Assembly: GCA_009103225.1 (NCBI GenBank)
Contig: RHPI01000918.1
Coordinates: 1-5,591, forward strand
Source of the DNA: Chlorokybus atmophyticus
Taxonomy: Eukaryota; Plantae; Mesostigma and Chlorokybus algae
Length of the DNA stretch: 5,591 bases
Direction of reading: 5' to 3'
Positions 1 to 5,318 of this stretch are shown one piece after another. The translations under genes and the position numbers were made by a program. The notes beneath the pieces were generated by a model. The model saw only the letters and a list, made by a program, of their open reading frames with translations. It searched no databases and had not been told where the DNA came from. The first letter of the stretch is position 1. Each line of letters begins with the position of its first letter.

Positions 1-2
1 TG

Positions 3-125
3 CTTGAGGACCGTTTGCGCGCGTGGGTCTGAGTCGCAGTAATAGTATTTGACAACCTTCACGCCCGTGTTGAGGACCGCAGCAATACCGCTACCAATGC
101 CTCCAAACAGCTCCAACACTGTGAT
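3..125 (-). pseudogene. N-terminal part of a C5-cytosine DNA methyltransferase catalytic domain (motifs I-II, DNMT3-like), partial
   Basis: Translation ITVLELFGGIGSGIAAVLNTGVKVVKYYYCDSDPRAQTVLK. It has the SAM-binding FxGxG motif I and an acidic motif II (D-x-D-x-x-A). It aligns without gaps to the DNMT3A segment as I recall it ([39 protein letters not shown]). The catalytic PC motif would lie beyond the window edge. Confidence 0.85.
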
Positions 126-572
126 GCCTTGTTGCTTGCGAATGGTGTGGAACTCCACCACTCCGGTGGCCACTATATGGTGGTCCTGCACCTTGATGTG
201 GCTTCGGTAGTTGGGGAAGCGCGTGGTGATCAGTGGATGGCTGAGCAAGACGTGCGCACCCACCTGTGCGCGCCAGCGCCGTTCAGTTGGGTCTTGTAAT
301 GCTGCTTCCACGGTGGCATCCTCCTGCTCCTCGTTGTACGGGGTGGGAGAGGAGTCAACGGTTTGACACGGGGTTGTGGCACCAGCAGCGACTTGCGTCC
401 GAGCGCCGTCGTATGTGACCATTGCAGCCGTCCGGGTGCGGGCGTGGTTGCGGGTGGCCATGGCAGCCATTTTGCGTTGAGCGCGCGTGCACGAGACCAA
501 CTCGAGAGGCAGGAAACCCTGCACCTCTCCGTTATCCTCATCCCAATGTGGCCGAAACCATGCTCGCTCTGT
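126..572 (-). pseudogene. In-frame protease-to-methyltransferase linker
   Basis: After the TAG at 573-575 the frame stays open: TERAWFRPHWDEDNGEVQGFLPLELVSCTRAQRKMAAM...TERRWRAQVGAHVLLSHPLITTRFPNYRSHIKVQDHHIVATGVVEFHTIRKQQG, running directly into ITVLELFGG. Confidence 0.8.
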
Positions 573-947
573 CTAGCAGTCGAGGCCCATGCCCACAGGG
601 AAGTTGAAGTCCTGCCCAAGCAGAAAGTCGAAGGAGCCGGCATTGGTGATTACACATTGCTGGACGATCTCGGTCATGTGGGTTGGGTCCAGCCCTGTCA
701 ACCGAATGCAAAAGGCCTCCCTGGTGACTCCCATCACCTTATCTCGGCTACCTGTGGCAGTGTCCGACACGTACGGGCAAGGCACCAAGTCGGAGCTGGT
801 TATGCCGAGGGACCGCGCGAGGAAGCGCCCGATGATGACAGGCTGTGCTCCCGTGTCCAACATTACTCGCTTGGGTGCCAGGCCGTTGATGGTAACGTGC
901 TTGCCTTGGTTGGCCACCATGGCAGCGTTGGCGTCGATACGCAGCCT
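573..947 (-). pseudogene. Retropepsin-type aspartic protease domain of the retroelement polyprotein
   Basis: ORF 573-920 contains VMLDTGAQPVII (catalytic DTG at 849-857) and the C-terminal FDFLLGQDF motif typical of retroviral/LTR proteases. It is bracketed by in-frame TAG stops at 948-950 and 573-575. Confidence 0.88.
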
Positions 948-1253
948 CTAGATACGAGCTGTCTGCACCTTTGACTCAGTTCTCTCGGCTGGGGGTGCTG
1001 AGCGCATGGCAGCCAGAGCTCCTCTGCCTGCTGAGTCCGGAGAATCCCCGCCTTGGCCTCTCCCTCTGCCGAACCGACCTTGTCGTGGTGGTTGGTAGAC
1101 ACGGGGGGGCCTCGGTGCTGGAGGTTCCAGCGCTGGTTGTGGTGGCGGCGCAGGTGGATGCCGCCTTTGCGAAGCTGGAATCATGCCCGCGGGTGTACCG
1201 AATGGCTGTGGAGGAAACCCCGGCGGACCCGGTGTTTGTGGCCTGCCTCGCGT
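948..1253 (-). pseudogene. Pro-rich and RG-rich linker between the gag-like region and the protease
   Basis: Same frame as the protease: TRGRPQTPGPPGFPPQPF...PPAPPPQPALEPPAPRPP...QGRFGRGRGQGG...TARI*. No CCHC knuckle seen. Confidence 0.6.
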
Positions 1254-1711
1254 TCAGCTTGCTCCGCGGCGTACGTCCATTGGACAGCATGAGCCGCTTC
1301 TCTGACCAATGTCCCTTCCCACGTGGCCGTGGGTTCGATGTCCGTGTCGATCCAATGATGATATTGAGGCATGGGCTGCAGGTATACGGCGCGTAGTAGC
1401 TGTCGCCGCATGTCGTGAGTGATGGTGGGGACTCGCAAGATCCTTGCCATGTAGGCATCCCACCTTCCTTGTACCACTCCCACATCGAGCACGGTCATGG
1501 CGCGCGCGCGTAGGGTGCGCTGGAGGTCAGTCTGCTGTGCGTGTAGCTCATGAGCAATGGCGATGCGCCGCCGTTGCCGTGCGGCTTCCACCCCTGGCAG
1601 CCGCAGCATTGCCTCTTGCACTCCCTCCAGCGTGTCCGGGGCTGTCACTCGGCGCCTGCAGCAGAATCCGTTCTCGGCACAAGCCAGTTGTGCCGTCAGC
1701 GGCACCTGCCT
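1181..1711 (-). pseudogene. Gag-like ORF, start uncertain
   Basis: The frame is open from 1711 to 1181. The track's start at 1705 is GTG; the first ATG is at 1609. The product looks amphipathic-helical (WDAYMARILRVPTITHDMRRQLLRAVYL...EPTATWEGTLVREAAHAV) and sits where gag is expected, 5' of the protease. No diagnostic motif was identified. Confidence 0.5.
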
Positions 1712-1844
1712 TCAAGTTCTGCGAGCAGTTCTTCTCCCAAGACGGCACAAGTCGCTTTGTGCCGGCAGAGGATCGTAAGTCACCATCTGTCAGCCGGCAC
1801 AAGCTGGTTACTGCCGCTGACGAGGCAAACTGCGTTGGGCCGAC
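1675..1844. repeat. Degenerate left flank of the array with CGGCAC/GTGCCG inverted motifs
   Basis: CGGCACAA-gccag-TTGTGCCG (~1675-1695), GTGCCG-tcag-CGGCAC (1690-1705) and CGGCACAA-gtcgct-TTGTGCCG (~1743-1764). Confidence 0.75.
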
Positions 1845-2104
1845 CTCGGCACAGCAGTACCTCTAACGTCTTCGGCACAGCAGCGCTTCTGCCGTCTTTG
1901 GCACAGCTGCGACCCCACCGTCTTCGGCACAGCAGCGCTTATGCCGTCTTCTGCACAATAGCACTTCTGCCGACTTCGGCACAGCAGCGATCCTACCGTC
2001 TTTGGCACAGCAACGATCCTGCCGTTTTCGGCACAATAGCACTTCTGCCGACTTCGGCACAACAGCGCTTCTGCCATCTTCGGCACAGTAACACTTCTGC
2101 CGAC
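1845..2104. repeat. Tandem array of ten 26-bp units, consensus TTCGGCACAGCAGCGCTTCTGCCGWC
   Basis: Units start at 1845, 1871, 1897, 1923, 1949, 1975, 2001, 2027, 2053 and 2079, an exact 26-nt period. Junctions form TGCCG-N4-CGGCA inverted repeats. Confidence 0.95.
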
Positions 2105-2167
2105 GTCGGCACAGCAGCAGCAGCAGTCGTGCCGTTGACGGCACAGCTCCTGGTGTGTCGACCTCGG
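2098..2167. repeat. Right flank of the array with palindromes and (CAG)5
   Basis: Perfect palindrome TGCCGACGTCGGCA (2098-2111), a CAG run, and GTGCCGT-tg-ACGGCAC (2129-2144). Confidence 0.8.
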
Positions 2168-2294
2168 TGGACCAGCAGTCATGCCGATAACGGCCCAGCC
2201 ATTCATTCCAAAATTAGCAGCACAGTATAGCAGGCATATGCAGGCAAGTTGCAGGCAGTTTTCCTGGTAAAGAAATCTTAACCTCATATGGAGT

Positions 2295-2299
2295 TTACA
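2295..2299 (-). terminator. Candidate chlorophyte poly(A) signal TGTAA for the SAM-domain gene
   Basis: Plus-strand TTACA at 2295-2299 reads TGTAA on the minus strand, about 217 nt after the TAA at 2516-2518. UGUAA is the established poly(A) signal of Chlamydomonas-type green algae. Confidence 0.55.
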
Positions 2300-2350
2300 T
2301 TGTACCATGTACTCTTAACTAGTACTAGAATAGGCTCCAATTGTTTGCAA

Positions 2351-2471
2351 GAAGCTAACTGCTACCAGGAAGCTAACTGCTGGTAGCAAGCTAAACTGCT
2401 AGCAAGAAGTCAGACTTTTAGCAGGAAGCTAGACTGGCGGCTGCAAGGAAGCTGCATGGAAGCTAGACTGG
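2351..2471. repeat. Cluster of short repeats AAGCTA(A/G)ACTG with an 8-bp hairpin
   Basis: GAAGCTAACTGCT at 2351 and 2369, AAGCTAAACTGCT at 2388, GGAAGCTAGACTGG at 2424 and 2458. Inverted GCTACCAG/CTGGTAGC at 2361-2368 and 2380-2387. Confidence 0.8.
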
Positions 2472-2515
2472 GTGCTGCAAAAAAGTTGAGCGAAGGTCTT
2501 CACCTTGGTACCCAA

Positions 2516-4920
2516 TTATGGACCGGGTTGGCGCTTGGCTTGACTATTCCAGTGCCAGCCATAGCGTGCTTCTCCAGAGTCATCCTGTACCAGCCAGCGC
2601 TTGTTGACTGCAAATGTAACAAGCATGAGACCGATCTGCGAGTCAGTGAACTTTGCAAGCAGATGGTCCTCCTTCGGCAGCCTCCCAATCTGCGTCCCGT
2701 ATGTCCCCCTCCAGGAAGTGTACACCTCCAGCAAGCTCTCGCGGTTGGGAACATTGGCGCACAAGGTATTGCAGCAGATGCCAGCCAAGTGCATGAGGTG
2801 GTCAGAGCAACGATTGATCTGCAAGCAAGAATTGTTACAAGTGTGCATCATGCAAGCATGCTGCACACGTTACAGCCCACTGCAACGTTCTTACCCTCTG
2901 ATTGATGTCATGCTGGTCTTCTGGCTGCACGCGCTTGTCAACCACGAGCGCGCGAACGCATCTTGGGGTGACTTCTGCAATGCAGTCGCCTGAAGAGCAG
3001 TCTGAGCAAGGGCAGACTGCAGACGGGGCTACCAAGGATGCAGGCCAAGCACAACTGCGTCCCTGCATCACTCAAGCAGCCGCATTGCATGTCACGCATA
3101 TAATCTTCCTTGCAGTTACGCTTGCAATGTGCTGTGCCGCAGCACACACTCTACTACGCTCACCAAGATATTGCTGCACAAGTGCTCGTCCCCGGTCATC
3201 TGGCCAGCATACCCGTCCGTGTCACGTACTGGCATGTAGACGCGTTGATCACCGATACCCTTGGCGTTGTACCACTCCAGCACCTTCACTTTGTAGCTGC
3301 GCCAAGGAGTCTCTTGCTCAAGCACCTCCAGTACTTGACCGCGCCCAACAGCCACAACCCTGCGGCTGCTGCTGCCGCTGGTGCTTGCAGCATCTCCTGC
3401 GGGTCTGCAGCACCAGCCGCATATGAATTCCTTACGAGTGCGGGTGCAAAGGCCTTGTGCAAGAGGATAAATGGCGTACCTGAAAGCCACCCAGTCCTCA
3501 CGCAGCTGCGCTTGAGAAGGCGGCTCAGCAGTCAACAAGGCAAGCAGCACAGCATTTTGGCTGGAGGGAAAGTCTGCAACGGTGAAATGTGGGCCAAGCC
3601 CGTAGTCTGTGCGCGAGCGGCGTGGAGCTGGCTCCTCTGCGTCAGCGCGCTTCTCAGCGCGTGCAGCGCGCATCTTCTCCTTGCGCTGCTCACGGGTCAA
3701 GCCTACCGTTTCGCCTGGCGTTAATGGATGGCCCCGTCTTGCATTATCCACAAACCGGCGGATTTGCTCACGAATCCATTCTGCAAACAAGAGGCAGTGA
3801 GCAGTCATTCTGCAGGAAGCACAAGACATCTGGCAGGTGGCATATAAACGCACATGCACATAGGCAGACGCAGATTACTTACTTGCAGGCCAGCGCAATG
3901 TCTGTCCGTTGATCTCCAGCGGAGTGTGATTCTGCATTACATCCGCCACCACCTCCTCCCTCATGTCATAATCTGGGCCGGCCCGATTGAAGCTCCTGCC
4001 AACACAGTGGTCTGGGAACTTGGCCCACAGCTTCTCCTTTAGAAGCTTGCGGTTGTCCTCCTGTATTCTCCACTGTGTCTCGTCCTTCTTCTTCAAGTAA
4101 GCTTGCCCATTTAGCTCTAGTCCCCTAGGCTTGTCAGCGACAGGGGCAAAGCACTTTTCCTCCAGCTTTGCCTTCTTGACTGCCTCTGACTCGTCTTCGC
4201 AGTTAACTTCATCAACAGCTCCTGCGCACAAGGCCAACAGTCAGCGCATGGCACTTGCAAAAGAGAGCAAAGCAAGCAGAGCTTTAGCCAAGCTGCAGCT
4301 TCAGCTATGTTGCAGTTGCGGCTTGGCTAACGCTGTTGCTTGACTGAAGCTGCAGACCGAAGCGTACAAAATACAGCAAGTAGAGCTTCACCCAACCTAC
4401 CACTCCAGCTAAACTGCAGCTGCGGCTTGGCTGAGGCTCTGCTTGGTAGAAAGCCGATATGCAGCTTTTACTCAAGCTGCAGCTCCAGCCAAGCCGCAGG
4501 TTCAATTGAGTTGTAGTTTCAGCTTGACTGAAGCTGTAGACCAAAGCATACCAATGAGCAAGCAGAGCTTCAGCTGCAGGAGCAATTAAGTTGCACCAGC
4601 AGCTTGGCAGCAGACTAGTTGAAAGCAAGCACACCTGTGTCCCCAGGTTGTGCTCCCGCCTCGTCTTGCTCCTCTTCATCTTCAGCTTGCAACCTCGGCT
4701 CATCCCTGTTCAACTTCTGCACGTCTTCAAGGATCCGCGAAGCAATGCTCAGCCTAGGTGTGATCTGTGCAAGAATTTCTGCTGAGAGGCTGTAGTAAGC
4801 TTCTCCATCAATCTCTTCCTCCTTGAACTTCTCCGCTATTGCTTGTGCACTTGGAACCCCTCTCAACAATTTAGCTACCCGTTTGGAGATAAGCTCAACG
4901 CTCATCCTATACACTGACAT
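2516..4920 (-). CDS. Spliced gene for an uncharacterised protein with an N-terminal SAM domain. Predicted exons: 4920-4635, 4221-3883, 3780-3164, 2989-2895, 2818-2516
   Basis: ATG at 4920 (gcacaATG). GT-AG introns at 4634-4222, 3882-3781, 3163-2990 and 2894-2819. Three junctions are phase-consistent: ...PGDTG|AVDEV, ...LRWPA|KWIREQ, ...DINQR|INRCSD. The exon 3/4 junction is off by one base (see findings). Stop TAA at 2516-2518. Confidence 0.7.
4271..4573. repeat. Direct and inverted repeat cluster inside intron 1 of the SAM gene
   Basis: Inverted pair 4284-4300/4314-4330 (17 bp, 2 mismatches). Perfect 14-bp inverted pair CTGCGGCTTGGCTG (4420-4433)/CAGCCAAGCCGCAG (4486-4499). 30-bp direct repeat at 4338-4367 and 4522-4551 (3 transitions). 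AGCAAGYAGAGCTT occurs three times. Confidence 0.8.
4711..4911 (-). other. SAM (sterile alpha motif) domain in exon 1
   Basis: YRMSVELISKRVAKLL...AIAEKFKEEEIDGEAYYSLSAEILAQI...ASRILEDVQKL matches the SAM pattern (WSVEDV..WL...Y.EKF.ENEIDGEALL.LT.EDL..LG...R.KIL..I..L). Confidence 0.8.
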
Positions 4921-5043
4921 TGTGCTTGAGAGCAGCACACAACTTTGCAGCTTGGTAGCAGCTAGAAACAGCTTCCAGCACCGCAACCTAGCAAGTAGGC
5001 CCGGAAACGCCAAGACGCAAAACAGTCAACCACCGATTTCACT

Positions 5044-5095
5044 CCCGCCACCACCTTCACTACCGCCACCTCCGCCGCCGCCACCGCCGCCGCCG
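5044..5095. repeat. Imperfect (CCG/CCA)n trinucleotide tract
   Basis: ccgccaccacc...ccgccacctccgccgccgccaccgccgccgccg, lying upstream of the SAM-gene ATG. Confidence 0.8.
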
Positions 5096-5157
5096 AAGCA
5101 CTGCAGACAGTTGTGCTTCTTCGGAGTCTTACTGCGCAGAAGTCAGCTGCGCACAAG

Positions 5158-5185
5158 TTAGGGTAGGGTTAGGGTTAGGGTTAGG
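5158..5185. promoter_or_regulatory. Interstitial telomere-like repeat (TTAGGG x ~4.5): candidate telo-box element and G-quadruplex between divergent genes
   Basis: TTAGGG-TAGGG-TTAGGG-TTAGGG-TTAGG, with four GGG tracts at 5161, 5166, 5172 and 5178. It lies ~240 nt upstream of ATG 4920 (minus) and ~135 nt upstream of ATG 5319 (plus). The repeat is certain; the regulatory role is inferred. Confidence 0.6.
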
Positions 5186-5318
5186 ATTCCTGAGTAATAA
5201 CTAGCCACAGCAGCATACATAGGACATACAACGGCTATTCCTGTGTGTGGCGGCGGCGTGCTTGGTGGCCTCGGTTTGTGAAGCGTTGAGCTGTTGCAGC
5301 GTATTGAGCATAGCAAGC

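Larger units (their letters stand above)
1..1711 (-). mobile_element. Degenerate LTR-retrotransposon-like element (probably Ty3/Gypsy) with gag-like region, aspartic protease and C5 DNA methyltransferase; truncated at window position 1
   Basis: Manual minus-strand translation. One frame (codons starting at positions = 2 mod 3) runs from ~1253 to 3 with only two stops (TAG 948-950, TAG 573-575) and contains retropepsin and DNMT motifs. A helical gag-like ORF in the adjacent frame precedes it. RT, RNase H, integrase, LTR and PBS are not visible, so the superfamily is inferred. Confidence 0.8.

Noticed and set aside
3-125. Bacterial restriction-modification methyltransferase or contamination
   Set aside because: It is in frame with a retropepsin and adjacent to intron-containing genes, and the spacing matches DNMT3-type enzymes. 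A bacterial ancestry of the domain cannot be excluded without a phylogeny.
573-950. TAG read as Gln (alternative nuclear code as in some ulvophytes)
   Set aside because: The SAM-gene and BED-gene exons contain many CAG/CAA Gln codons and no in-frame TAA/TAG, and the TAA at 2516 is followed by a plausible poly(A) signal. Point mutations explain the stops more simply.
363-1396. Plus-strand ORFs 363-974, 422-607, 589-951, 971-1396 and 1053-1292
   Set aside because: Antisense shadows of the GC-rich minus-strand polyprotein, with no motifs.
1845-2104. CRISPR-like repeat/spacer array
   Set aside because: The variable part is only ~10 nt and clearly homologous between units. The context is eukaryotic and there are no cas genes. 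It is a minisatellite-type array.
1444-2308. ORFs across the array (1444-1866, 1550-2230, 1808-2308, 1863-2144)
   Set aside because: Repetitive translations of the 26-bp unit, whose period is not a multiple of 3, so no coding periodicity.
2319-2328. Helitron 3' end (CTAG) at palindrome CTAGTACTAG
   Set aside because: No GC-rich hairpin lies ~10-12 nt upstream on either strand, and no Rep/helicase sequence is in view.
2456-3912. Plus-strand ORFs 2456-2905, 2601-2993, 2902-3426, 3110-3724 and 3589-3912
   Set aside because: Antisense to exons of the spliced SAM gene. Splice signals and the protein motif support only the minus strand.
5158-5185. True chromosome end
   Set aside because: Only ~4.5 repeats, with unique gene-containing sequence on both sides.
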